DNA of 64,000 nt, taken from contig CM097886.1 in assembly GCA_044892525.1 (NCBI GenBank), positions 168,132,312-168,196,311 of the forward strand. Direction: 5' to 3'. The stretch's first letter is position 1. Every line of letters starts with the position of its first letter. The notes under the pieces are model-generated. The model saw nothing but the letters and a program-made list of their open reading frames with translations. It was not told where the DNA came from and did not search any database. The stretch is from Schmidtea polychroa (Eukaryota). The position numbers and the translations under genes were made by a program. Of this stretch, positions 10,931 through 24,668 are shown in pieces.

Positions 10931-13324
10931 GATTTTTATAATATTAAAAAGCCATTAAAGATAAGAATGGGGCAATTTTTCAAAAGTGTGAAATCAGCAA
11001 GTAAAGCGTATGAAGAAATAAGAAAAAATGAAATTGTAAAAATATTTATTTTTGTAGAAAGATCTGAGATATATTATTAAAGGAGTTTGAGTATGACATA
11101 AGAAAGGTAAAAATGTTATTATCTACAATGGAGATTTTTCGAAGTTTTTGTGGGGTATTTTAAATATTTCATATGGATGCAGTCCTTCTTGTCAATGGTT
11201 TGAAATGGTTGCTTTATAGGATTTGGTGATTACCCGGGTAAGATCAAACAAAAATAATTACTTTATTTCTTATTCCTATATGAAAAGGAATCAAAGATCA
11301 AGTCTTATCAAATTGCAACGATAATGCTCTCAGTATATATGACTTAACGAAGTTCATTTTGAGTAAGAAAAAGGAGGCAATTTCTTGCGAAAGATATTAT
11401 TGAAAACTAAGTCACTAATTTCCCGTTATATATACTACTCAAATAGATTATAACAAAGGCTGAAATCTCTACGCGTACTTATAATACTTGGTTTAATACT
11501 TTTATATACCAATGAAGTCACAATTTAGTCACAACTTTTCCAAGTATTTTGACAAATTCAAATTCTAAATCATTCCCCTTAGGTGATTCATGAATCAGGT
11601 CTTTCGCAAATATGCCTCAAATCCTTTCCATTATATACATTTTACAAGCATTGTAATAACTACATACTATTTTTATGACCAGGATTAACTGGAGAAGCAT
11701 TACATAAAATTCTACCTTTTCTATGAGCCAAGGTTCATGCTATAAAATTTAACATAGATTCTGGTTTTACATTTTCTATTATTTTTCATCCAAAGTTCAA
11801 GACCAAACATTTCCATATTCTTTATTTTCCGTTATTATTAATACATATCATATTAATATGAAATTTCTCTGATATAAGATGTCTATTTGAAGGGTTGCCA
11901 GAACTCCAAAATCACAGATTGGGATATCTGATAACCGATAACAGCATCTCATGATATGATACAGTGTGCCTGAGAAACGACTCTAGTTTCTTTTCTTCTG
12001 AGATATATTACCTTGTTTATAGGGTTACAGTTTATTATGTTCAATCAAATTGGATGATAGGTAAAATGTTGGTTGATGCTTTATTACTAACATTTGTTCA
12101 CTTTATTACTTGCCATATTATTGTACATGAGTTCAGGAATATCTAGATACTAGTAATTTGTATATAAGTTCATATTGAGCTGAAGTATGGTCGTAAAGCA
12201 AGATACCTTGGTCAAAACAAATGCCCATTGAGGCTGACATTGACACCTTTTACATCCTCCCTCTAATGTCTGACCCAGCCACTGTTTGTCTCCACATGAT
12301 AAATTAGTTTTTCTAATTATGATTTTTGTTCAGATACAATGCAAGACATTTGTCTGTTGAACTCGTGTCAGTCCCGCTAAGTCTTGCTTTTTATCTATAA
12401 AATCCTATTTGAATTTCTCTAATTTGTCTTTATTTTGTATAACTTTGCTGTATATCTTTGCTATATTAACGAATATATTCTAATTATGAAAAGGTTATTT
12501 GAGACCCTTACAATCATACCATATAATATGATACACACATTAAATTATTCATGTTAATTATTAATTTAATTAATTAAATTAACAAATAATACTATGAACA
12601 ATTTAACTTGAAAAATGTGATTCTTTAATTAATGAGTTATTTAATTTTTATAATTAATTATTTAATTTAAAAATCACAAAATTAATTAAATTATAATAAA
12701 AGAATTTAAAATACTGGCTACTCATTTTCCTAATTCATTATTTTTATTTATTAAAGAAGCATAATTATCTAATTTAAAACCAATTAAAACAAAAATTTAA
12801 TATCAATTGATTAATTAAAACAAAATGAAATATGAACACTTAATTAATTATCGAAAGAAATAATAACTAAAATTTAATATTTTCTGCTTTATCAAAATAT
12901 AGAATATTAATTTTTAATAAATTTATTTCTTATGAGTCACTTTTGTCGTGGGTTCACAAAGGTGCCACATTTATTGAATCTTCAAGAAACATATTCTTCT
13001 TTCAGTTCTTTCCAATATTTCTCAACCCTTCTGTATACAAAGAGTTTAACACGAAAAGAGTCTTCAGATTTGCACCTTTTCGCTGTGAAATAGTAGGGCA
13101 GTTTTCCAAAATGCATCTGCTATCAATTAAATCGCCTTAATCTGTAAAAACTCGATATCTTTAATTCAATGAGCCCTATTGTAACTTTTACTTTGAAAGA
13201 TAGGAATTAAGAAAAGGATTATCTTTATTTTCTACATCAGTTTGAGGCTTACAAATTCTTGATGAACTAAATTCAATACCTTTTATTAATTTTTTATAAA
13301 ATATTTATTTTAAAATCACATATA

Positions 13325-14294
13325 CAGTAAACCCTCCAACTGCGCGGTAGATACGTTCCACTAAAACAACGCGCAAACCGAAACCGCGCACTGTGAACCC
13401 GATTTTATATGTAATTATGGGGTTAGGTTCCAGATATTACAAAAATATTAAAAAATATAATAAAAAGTCTTTATTCAACGACTAATATACATATTTACAT
13501 TTATATAAACATAAAAACTAGTAAAAACAGTCTCAATTCATTGCTTTTACATAATTAATATTACTATTATAAAAATTAATAAAAATTTAACATAAATAAA
13601 AATTATAAAAAACAATACAAGAACTAAAAAACAGTCTCAATTCAACGACTAAACATAAATAAAAATTAACATAAGTAACGTTATATTAATCACTGCTACA
13701 TGCTGATAAGCTTGATTCTATTGGCTGTGATTGTATAATTTTTTGAAAAAAGCTTGTTAACACTGATTGCTTACCTATTATTAAAAACCTATTAAATCAA
13801 AATGAGTATTAAATCAAAAATCAAAAATTTTATTTATACTTACTTTATAACACTCTTTAATTGATGTAATAATTTTTTATTACGGTTATATCTAATGCAC
13901 ACGAATAAGATTTTTTTGAATTTAATACTAATATATTTTTAATTAAATAAACACTTGTATAAATATCTATTAATTAAAACTATGTAATTTTACATCCTAA
14001 TCCTAACCACATCACTAGAAAAATGAAACTGTCTTTATTATTTTTATATAAAAAATACAGTGCATCGAAATACGATGAATCACTATTTTCACTACCATAT
14101 GTATTCGTAGTTTTACGGGATTCACCATAAAAAATTAAATTGACATGATTTTTCTTGTTAAAATAGACAAAAACAAAAAAAAACCGCGCAGCTACGAAAT
14201 TTTTAGCGCGCAGATCGAAATTTTGGTATTAAAGGTTTGGCCGCGCAATTGCAAAACCGCGCAATGAAAAACCGCGCAGTTGGAGGGTTTACTG
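13325..14294. mobile_element. Tigger/pogo-type (Tc1/mariner) MITE
   Basis: Perfect 23-bp TIR cagtaaaccctccaactgcgcgg / ccgcgcagttggagggtttactg, TA on both sides, subterminal ccgcgca repeats. Confidence 0.9.
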
Positions 14295-14324
14295 TACATA
14301 TTTTTCTCATACAGCCCTTATTGT

Positions 14325-14990
14325 GTTCACTAATATTAGTCAAATTCTAAGGAGCTATGTTTGAGAATTGCCCAGTGTAATTTGATTGGTGTAGATGGAT
14401 TGGATAGTGAGTTAAATTAATTAAATAACGAGTGTTAGGATAATAAGTCTAAATTCGTTAAAATCCGTACTCAGAAGGTTTTACTGATTATAAAAGAAAG
14501 ATAAGCAAGCAGTTAGAAATTTAAACTATAGTTGTGTCTAATTCATGTAAAGTACGCAATATGTTTGTTAATAAGACTAAAACTCCTTTTGGATTGTGTT
14601 CTGATCTCGTTTATCAATTTACATGTAATGAGTGTAATGACACAAACATTGAAGAGATATCGTGAAAATTACAAACCGACGGTATTGTTGTTGTTTTAAA
14701 TGTTTTAAATTTTTAAATTAAATAAATTTTAAATTTCAATTTTTTAAAAGTTTATAGAATGTTAAAATTAAAAATAAAATTAAAAAAAAAATCTTTTCAT
14801 ATATTTGTTACAAATTAAAGATGTATTATTTAAATAATATTTTTAAAAATATTTTTTATCAAATTGGATATTATCAATAAATTTGTTCATAAAATCTATA
14901 ATTTCTTTAGTTATTCTATTCTACCTGACGATGACAGGGAAACTGGTGAAATATAGCGTAAAACGAATGTTCGAGTGGCGCTTTCTTATA
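14325..14990 (+). mobile_element. Older degraded Penelope family-1 copy
   Basis: tactcagaaggtttt...gatctcgtttatcaatttacatgtaat matches the GIY-YIG region. 3' UTR hammerhead at 14922-14960, then (aat)n. A short inverted piece lies at about 14330. Confidence 0.75.
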
Positions 14991-17650
14991 ATAATAATAA
15001 TAAATATTATTATAAAAACTTCTTTTCATTTTCACCTCTAATTTCTTTTCAGTTGATATTATATTTATTAAAAATAGTTGACTATGAATCAGTAAAGATA
15101 TCAATGTTTTTTGTTAATTTCATATTAATAACTAATATAAAGGCTGGAAAATAATGGTGTTTTGTGCTGCAAATTTGTTTAGTACTAAATCTGAATCTAA
15201 AATAAATTCAAATTTCTCTGACATTGGTACATTTGTTTAACTTTTACTTAAATAAATAATAGCTGCAAAAGTATTTACAATGGCCATGGAGTGTTAGTCC
15301 GCAGGTTTGTGTCACCAATGTGATCTTGACCCCTTGCACCTTATGCGGATATGTAAGGCATTTATTTGGATTATTTTATGTTATTTATTAATTTTATACA
15401 CTGAAAAATGGTCACTTTTGTGTCGTTGCCGTTTGTTAGATTTTTCTCTNNNNNNNNNNNNNNNNNNNNNNNNNNNNNNNNNNNNNNNNNNNNNNNNNNN
15501 NNNNNNNNNNNNNNNNNNNNNNNNNNNNNNNNNNNNNNNNNNNNNNNNNNNNNNNNNNNNNNNNNNNNNNNNNNNNNNNNNNNNNNNNNNNNNNNNNNNN
15601 NNNNNNNNNNNNNNNNNNNNNNNNNNNNNNNNNNNNNNNNNNNNNNNNNNNNNNNNAGAATATTTGTGCGATAAAGTGAATTAATTTTTTTTATAATTTT
15701 ATAATTTTTCTTTTATTCCCAAACTATAAATCATGTCAATTTTATATATCCAGAGAAAATGTTGATGAAACAAGACCCGTCAAATGTCGACGTTAATGTC
15801 GACTTGACTAAAAACGCCAATTGTTCTTTTATGAGTCGTAATTTAAATATTTGACAAGTGAAATTCTAAAAGATCTGAGAATTCCTCGGGCAAATGGAAC
15901 AATAAATTTTTCAGAGTCGACTAAATATCAGATTTTTGTTTGAATCGATTGAGTGAAATGTTTTTTCGTTGTTTAAGATTTTGCAACTTTTTATTTGTCT
16001 CTGTCTATATCTGAATAAATTGAGATAAAAATAAGGAAATTAATTATAATTAGTCGACATGTTCAACTCGTATATTTGGGGTGGGGGAGATTAAATAGAA
16101 AAAATAAGAAAGAATAATTCAATTAAAATGAATTGAAAATTTGACCAACAAATCTTTCTTATTATCTAATTACTTTTCCCAGTAATTGGGACCGGGGAAA
16201 ATTTATTTTTCTAATATTTTAGCACATTCAACCCAATATAAAAAATTTAAATGACACTAAATTGACTCAAAAATCATGAAATTNNNNNNNNNNNNNNNNN
16301 NNNNNNNNNNNNNNNNNNNNNNNNNNNNNNNNNNNNNNNNNNNNNNNNNNNNNNNNNNNNNNNNNNNNNNNNNNNNNNNNNNNNNNNNNNNNNNNNNNNN
16401 NNNNNNNNNNNNNNNNNNNNNNNNNNNNNNNNNNNNNNNNNNNNNNNNNNNNNNNNNNNNNNNNNNNNNNNNNNNNNNNNNNNNNNNNNNNNNNNNNNNN
16501 NNNNNNNNNNNNNNNNNNNNNNNNNNNNNNNNNNNNNNNNNNNNNNNNNNNNNNNNNNNNNNNNNNNNNNNCAATAAATATTGGAATTGACAAAACGCTT
16601 CAGACAATCAATTTTTTCATTTTTAACTGTGATCTGTGAAAATTTAAAAATAAAATATTAAAAATAAAATATTAAAAATAAATAATTCAATTTTAGTTTA
16701 AGAAATGATACAAATGTTATTAATTAATTTTTTTCATGCTGTTCTCATTTATTATTAATTGATTCATATCTAAAATTGAANNNNNNNNNNNNNNNNNNNN
16801 NNNNNNNNNNNNNNNNNNNNNNNNNNNNNNNNNNNNNNNNNNNNNNNNNNNNNNNNNNNNNNNNNNNNNNNNNNNNNNNNNNNNNNNNNNNNNNNNNNNN
16901 NNNNNNNNNNNNNNNNNNNNNNNNNNNNNNNNNNNNNNNNNNNNNNNNNNNNNNNCTTTTTACTTAATTCGCTATATTTAAATGTTTACCCTCCTAATCT
17001 GGAAATTTGACCCCCTTGAAATGTTATTTTCCAGTAAAATCACAAACGACTTAATCAGGATGAATTCCGATGCCAAAACACTTACAATTAACTAAGCTGC
17101 CATCGTTTTTTCCATTTTGCTGAAAACGATATTTTTACTGATTCGAAAACAAAATGTATAAAATAATTGAAAAGGCTTCATTTCCTCAAATTAATAATAA
17201 GAAAATTGAATTTTTGGAAAATCTTCCAGATTTTTTCCCTAGAATTCTTCCAAAATTTATAGAAATTTAATTGGGCATTGTTCTCAATTTAGTTAATTAA
17301 ATTGTTGCCTCGGTTTCATAACAATTTCTGCAAGCATTTAGTTCATATTTGAAATTTATGGATAAACAGTTCTTCAGAAAGCGCAAGGAAGTGATTGCAA
17401 AAAAATTTCTTCAAGAACTTTCTTCCATAGAAAATAGAAAACATATTTTAAATCTGATTAAATATAAAAAATTTATTTATTAAATTATTTTTCTATTTAA
17501 TGTAAATATTTTTTTTGCATTTTCAAGGAATAATTTTTCCTCTTCAAAGAATTTATTTAAATTATATTAAAATATTTTCGGATATATTTATGCAAATAGT
17601 GTTTTCAATTTCTCATATGAGTTTTTTTACTCTGGATAAATATTAAATTT

Positions 17651-17652
<2 letters not shown>

Positions 17653-17702
<50 letters not shown>
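17653..17702 (+). repeat. (TA)n microsatellite
   Basis: Direct reading. Confidence 0.95.
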
Positions 17703-17707
<5 letters not shown>

Positions 17708-19536
17708 TAATTAATTTATTTATATTTATTTGATTAAGAGCAATGTCGAACAGACTATTTGTGTACCTTATATTCAATGATTTAATTATTTTATTTTTAT
17801 AAAATTAACAAAAATTTTGGAAATTAATTAAAAATTAATCTGAATATTAATTATAGATATATCTGTGATAGAAATATGAAATTTACAATCTACACGGTTC
17901 TGACAGCAACTCTCTGGATATTTCTCGTTCAAAGCGAGGAAGCAGAAATTCCTCAAAAGTGAGTCTAGAAGAATATTCGAAAAGAATTAATAAATGATAT
18001 TTATTACTAATTGAAAAATTCATGGATTTATTTTAATTAAAACACACTTATTAAAACAAAAGAAATATAAATATATATTTTATTAAAAGTCTCATCAGGT
18101 AGCTGCAATAATAACATAAAATTTGTACTTTTTATTTATTTTTAAGCATATTTTCTTTATTTAGATATTTCTATTTTTTTTTGTTTAAATGAGTCTGTGA
18201 AATTTTCGCTATTTGATATCACGATGCGATAGTTGAGTTACATAATTTGCCATGTAACTTGGAGACGGTTTCAAATTAATAAATTATTATTCGAGTATAT
18301 CAGTTATGTAAGAATTATAATTATTTTATCAGAACATTTGTTTCTTTCTGTCTCTAATTGACTATTCTAAGCTTAATAGTTGTTTGAATGAATTCGAGAT
18401 TAGTTTAAACAATGGATAACAATAAATATTTTCATGTCAAAGGTCGGTGTAAGTTCTATTTTCCTTCTCTCTATTTGTTTGAGTTTTTGTTTAAATGAAT
18501 GCCACAACTCTTCTTTTCTGGTGATTTTCAAGTTGTGTTTATATTAATTCATTTGTTTGTAGCTTTTATATCACAAATTGTGTTTCAGTGCTGTGCGTCT
18601 TCATTGGATGAAATAAAATAAATTTTATAAAAAATTATGTTTATATAAATTAATATAGACAATTGCATTTTAATCATAAATTATATTAAATATTTTATTA
18701 TAATAAAAATATTAAATTAACAGTCAAAATAAAACAAAATAAAAATCATCAAGGTCATGTCACTGATATAATTACTGTGCAACTTATCAACAAATAGACA
18801 AGCTGAGGTTAAATTTGTTAATTAATTCTTTACATTTAGGTAAAATATATTTTATCTTTCAAATTTAAAAGTTTAAAAAAAAAATTCAAAACCAATTTTG
18901 CACCATAAATTATTAAATTATAAATTAGTACTCCGTCATATTTAATATCAANNNNNNNNNNNNNNNNNNNNNNNNNNNNNNNNNNNNNNNNNNNNNNNNN
19001 NNNNNNNNNNNNNNNNNNNNNNNNNNNNNNNNNNNNNNNNNNNNNNNNNNNNNNNNNNNNNNNNNNNNNNNNNNNNNNNNNNATCTCAATTTTTCTTAAT
19101 TGCTGATATTATAATTTGAGAATTATATTTTACATATTGAAATATTCGGCAATGAAATGAAATGATAATTGAATTCAAAAAATTTTTATAATAAATAAAT
19201 TATTATTAATTATAGGTATTTATCTAATTAAATTTTTTAATTAGCAATAAAAGCTTATTAAAATCATTTATTTATAAATTTGTTCAATTATTATTATTTT
19301 TTAGAGATTTTCTCCAAAACTACGATTTGATTCCAAACTATGAACAAAGTAATAATTTATTGTGGATTTCTTTTGACATTTATTTCTAAAATTTTAATTC
19401 ATTTGAAAGGAGGATTAAAACTCAATTAAGGAAATTTAACTAATTTCAAATTAATGAAAAAATTTAAAAAATAAATTTCACCTATTTATCAATTAACATT
19501 AATTAAATTACTAAATGATATACGAAGGATATGAAG

Positions 19537-20165
19537 CAGTGGTTCTCAAACCGCGTTTCTCCAAGGCCCACATGTTAAATAAACTGTGTTACAAATACAA
19601 GTATAATGTAACCCGCCTTAAACATTGGTTTCAGAGGCAATTAATAAAGCCTTCACTAGCATAAAATTTATCACTGACGCTTTTAGTTTAGTTATTAGGA
19701 TAAATATTAGTAACATAAAGTTTACTATTTACTATTTACTACACAAATACAGAGACATGTAATCGTATAATATAACGACAATTTATATAGATGGGTTTCT
19801 CGTTTATGTACTTGTTACGGATGGTGTTCTTTGCGCATGGATAAAATGTGTAGAAGGAATTTTGGACAAACACATTCGAAGATCGTCCTCCACATTCTTT
19901 CGTGATCGATATTTTGTTTTCAATGCATTCAATGCAGAAAATTATATGGTTTAAACTAGAATAGATAGAGTGGTAATAAACTAGCAATCTACAATTCTGC
20001 AGCGTGCATCCGTATAGTCCGCTGCTTTCAATTCGTGGTAAACGCCGATCTATTTTTTATTTTCTTCTACTTTTTGTACTTTTTCTAGACTTCATCGCGG
20101 CCCACCAGATCCTCTATCAAGCCCCCCCCCCCCTTGTGCCGCGGCCCATGGATTGAGAACCCCTG
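19537..20165. mobile_element. hAT (Charlie/Buster-like) MITE
   Basis: TIRs cagtggttctcaa / ttgagaacccctg and a perfect 8-bp TSD ATATGAAG (19529-19536, 20166-20173). Confidence 0.93.
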
Positions 20166-23094
20166 ATATGAAGGATATATATTTACCGATTCATNNNNNN
20201 NNNNNNNNNNNNNNNNNNNNNNNNNNNNNNNNNNNNNNNNNNNNNNNNNNNNNNNNNNNNNNNNNNNNNNNNNNNNNNNNNNNNNNNNNNNNNNNNNNNN
20301 NNNNNNNNNNNNNNNNNNNNNNNNNNNNNTGAATAATGAGCTTAAAGAACACAGGATTACAGTTGAATGAGGATCCAATGTAGACAGCTCCTGGGGATTA
20401 TTCTATCAAGAGTTTAGATTAATTTGGTGTCAGTTAAGTAGTGGAAATAGGATTACAGTCATCCGAGGAAATCAGTAGCAATTTGACAAATGCAACGCAA
20501 AGTTTTATGCCTCGAAAGATTTTATTTTTCTCATTGTCAGAAGGTGAATGCCAGAAACGATACAGAGGTTTGACATTGCAGTTAAAGTACAAATAGAAAT
20601 AACGGGGAATATAGATGTTCTTGATCTATCATTAAATGCAAGAATGTTGTTTTTCATTCTTTGTTGCCATGTCCTAACAAATACCTAATATTTTTATGTA
20701 CAACTTTGGAAATAGGACCTAGTGTTCTTTCGTGTCACTTTTTAAATTTTATACGTGGAAATCTAAAAAGATACCCAATTTCAAAAAAAGAATAAAAGAT
20801 ATTTTGATGTTTGCAATTCCGTTTAAAGATCAAATTCAGTTGAAAGAGTCATTAGCATTTGAAATCTTCTTTAACATTTTTCTTCGATCGATTTTGCACT
20901 TTTCAGTTACTTAAAAAGTCACTTATTTCCAAATTCAAATTCTTTTCCTACTTCAGTTTATCTGCCACCCTTGGGATGAAGCTTGGAATAATCGAGAGTC
21001 AATTGGATTTTACCTCCTAACAAAAAACTTATTAAAAATAATACTCGAGTTATTTAATGTGACTTATTAGTTACTTGAAAGGAGTTGATGGGAAATTCCT
21101 TCCTTTTACCGCACCGAGGCAAATATCGAATTACTTTTCTAGTCTATTTTTTAATAAAAAATAATTTGAGATTCCATGTTATCCATTGGCGATTTGTTTA
21201 CGTAAATACTAAGCGGGAAACACGTGCAGAAAATGGGAAACAAAAATAAGCAAATTGTTGTTTTTGTGTTTAAATGTATTTGGCTGAGTCATAATCAAAT
21301 ATTTTTATTTATTATTTTTATTATTATTACAAAATTTATTAAGTCACATTAAAACAAATGTTGGAATTAAATTTTTCATTTTATAAAGCGATAACAATTT
21401 CATAAAACTTTCAACTCAATTGAAGGATGGACCACTAAGCTTGGTATAGGAGGCAATTTATTGTATGTGTATTGAGAATAGTGTTGAAACTCTAGCTACT
21501 ATCCTGAAGTTTTTATAGGTCACCCACTTGGCTATTATTAGGGTAAGTTTTCCCATTCATAGTTTAGTAGGATTTAGAAAAGTTGGCTGTCTTAAGGAGC
21601 GTGATAAATATGGTACGATGAATAAATTAATCTTCAGAATCTTTACCAGTATTCTTTTTGCAATCCACGGTCTTCAGTTGTCATAATATCAAATCAGATC
21701 CTTTGATTTACAAGTTTCAGATACTGTCTACATTTCTTCTTGAAATCTTTGCATCTCCTGAATGAATCAGTCTGTAATATATTTTTCATCGTGAATTTAA
21801 AGTTCGCAATATTCCAACCCCTTCAGATTTCACCAGCCTCGTTACCTATAAAGATCGTGGATGAGTATCTGCATCAACTCAAAACTGCTAACGCCATATT
21901 CCTAGGTCTTTGAACTTACAGATATTTTACAAATAGTAAAGAATGGGTGACTGTTATATATTTTATGAGTTGTTAATTTTCATCACCAGAAGATCTTCGG
22001 ATCTTGATACATCCTTTATTGATAAATCTGTTTTGATGGCACTATTTCTCCTTTGAACTTGCACATTTATACCTGTCGAATATGTTCTCGTGCAATATCC
22101 ATTTCTTTAATTTTGGATCTTTACAATTACAAGGCGGCATATGAAGCTCCCACAAATACAAATAAACTTATTTATTGAAATACAACTTTACTAGGTTTGA
22201 TGAGCCAATATAATATTGTGCTTTATTTATTAACGTAATTCTAGGATATGAAGATTCGTGGAGAGATCCAGATAGTATTCGTTTGATGAAAAAGTTCCGT
22301 GGATTATTGGGCAAAAGAGTACAAACTAAACGATTCCGTGGACTATTAGGTTGAATGATCAAATGAATTGTGAAATCTTTAGAAGTTGATTTTTCTGTAA
22401 TTTAATATTGATTTGCTTTTGAATTATTGATTTTACTTTTTTATTGATTGGATCCGGAGTTCCTTGGTAAATACAGACAGAGAGCACTGTCTAATATCAC
22501 CGAATCCTTTCTAATATAGGTTCAAAATAAAGGTTCTTTTTCAATGCAAAATATATTCAATGTGATGATATATTACTCAATATAGTCAACCTTATGTAAG
22601 CATGTTGGCAAAGACGGGATTCTGGTGCATTTGAGCACATTTCCCACATTTTCGACATATAGCATTGTGCCTTGCAGCTCTTTCTATCAGATTCAACTTT
22701 AAATTGAAACATATCTAACGTTTTTTGACAATTATTTTATTTGGCAAACATGATGACAAGCATCAAATCTTCAACTAATCTTATTTTTAACTTTTCTCAA
22801 TGATAAATTTAGTTTTATCATGTTTGTCAATTTCTTCAATGCTTGAGTTAAGGACCTTTATTAGTAAAATATTTGATCTTTTTCACCATTGAGTAGGAAT
22901 TAGAGGTCCCGGTTCCATAAACCCTTCCCCTGGACTAACAATTATCAATGTGAATATCACTTTATGTTGGTCTCAGGCATTTTGTATTGGGAATTGATGT
23001 CTCAGTATTTTATAAAGGTAAAAAAGGGATTCAAGCATATATAATCATAGAAAGTTTGAATAAGTAAATTATGGTAGTGTAATTTAAAAATCAT

Positions 23095-23742
23095 AAACAG
23101 ACAGCCAAAAATCAACACTAAAGAAGAAATCAATGAAATCAAGAATTTGATCTGTTGTCATTGACCTTGAGAATAACTGACAATATATAAAAAATATAAT
23201 AAATTAAAAAGTAATAATTAAAATAATATAGAAGATTTTAGGAAATATACTTTCAAAAAATAGGATTTAAAAATCAAAATTGACACATTTATTGAAATAT
23301 TTATATAGCGTATATAAATAGTTATTGGAGGCTTTATTTTAAAATATTTTGAAATATTTTATTAAGTTCTAGAAGCTAATTATAGAAGCTTTATAAAAAA
23401 ATTTAAAAATTTTTAGTTTGTGTCATTTTCGAATTTTAAATGGTATTTATTTTATTTTTAATTTTAATTTTCAATAAAATTTTAAAAATTTTTAATAAAA
23501 AAATAAAAAAATTCATAAAAAGAAAGTATATATTATATTTAGAACCAATGAGAATTAAGAAAAAGGAAATAAAAGAAAGATAGAAATGTATTTTTGAGAA
23601 GAAGATTGCTAAATTACAGGAGATTGACAAGGACTATCTTATAGTCGAACATTTTTTCATTAGATACATTATTTGCAGCAAAAGGCTTAAATTATCACTT
23701 TATTGTTTTAAATAATAAATGCTGCTACCAAGAAAGCATCAC

Positions 23743-23745
<3 letters not shown>
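23095..23745 (+). mobile_element. Penelope family-2 3' end (last codons + 3' UTR) followed by (AAT)n at 23746-23815
   Basis: cagacagccaaaaatcaac...aatttgatctgttgtcattgaccttgagaataactgacaat and the downstream UTR closely match 34955-35530. Confidence 0.85.
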
Positions 23746-23816
<71 letters not shown>

Positions 23817-24668
23817 TAAATCAACCAGCTAGGTACCAACAAACTAACACATAAAAAGAATACCAATTAAATCACGAATTAACAATAAAAAGAAACAAAA
23901 ATTCAATAATAAACTTTATTTCCCATCACATATTTGGTTATAAAAAGCTTTTCTTAATTCTGCTAACAAAATACGAATGAATTCTTTCTTATATTCTTGA
24001 CAAGTACTAACCACTAGTAACAAACAACCAGATACTAACAACCATGTACTAACAACTGGATACCAGCAAATAGGTACTAACAAATAAGCAACCAAATCTA
24101 TACACTGAGGAAGCAAGTCTATTCAATTATAAAAAATAACTGATGAACCTACTAAAATAGAAGTTAAAATAATAATATAAAATTTATTTCTTCCCTGTAA
24201 TTTATCAAATGATTTTTTAAATAAATTAATTTGTTAGACATGTTAGAAATTAAATACATTTTTTAATAAAATGGTATCGATAATTAGTGAAATTGTATCT
24301 GAGTAAGTAAAATGTATGGTCTAAATTTAACAAAAATCATAAAGGTTTTCAATGAAAATCACATTAAATGGGAGAATAATTATATAAAGTTGTCAACTCA
24401 GTCACTTAAAAATAAAACAGCACCATGTAAAAGGAATATAAATGATCAATTTATAAAAAAATGATTGATATTTACAAAAATATTTCAAAGTTGCAATGAA
24501 AAACATCAAATTTTAATATAGAAACAAAAAATTTTTATTCTCAAAAGATCTGATGTAGATTTAAGTTTCTTCTTAGATTAATAACAGTTAGTAACAACGA
24601 ATTATTGATAAAGTTTTGTTAAATAAGTACAAATTCTTATAAAGTTTTCTAAAAAGAGTATTTGTAAA

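Noticed and set aside
11000-12450. Degraded LINE-like stretch
   Set aside because: No recognisable RT or endonuclease motif could be read.
12990-13130. Possible BEL/Pao integrase tail (ADAFWK...LPTISQRK, - strand)
   Set aside because: Too short and frameshifted to support a call.
21500-22960. Decayed retroelement-like peptides (PPCNC, ARHNAICRKCGK) on the - strand
   Set aside because: Suggestive, but no continuous diagnostic motif set. Left unannotated.
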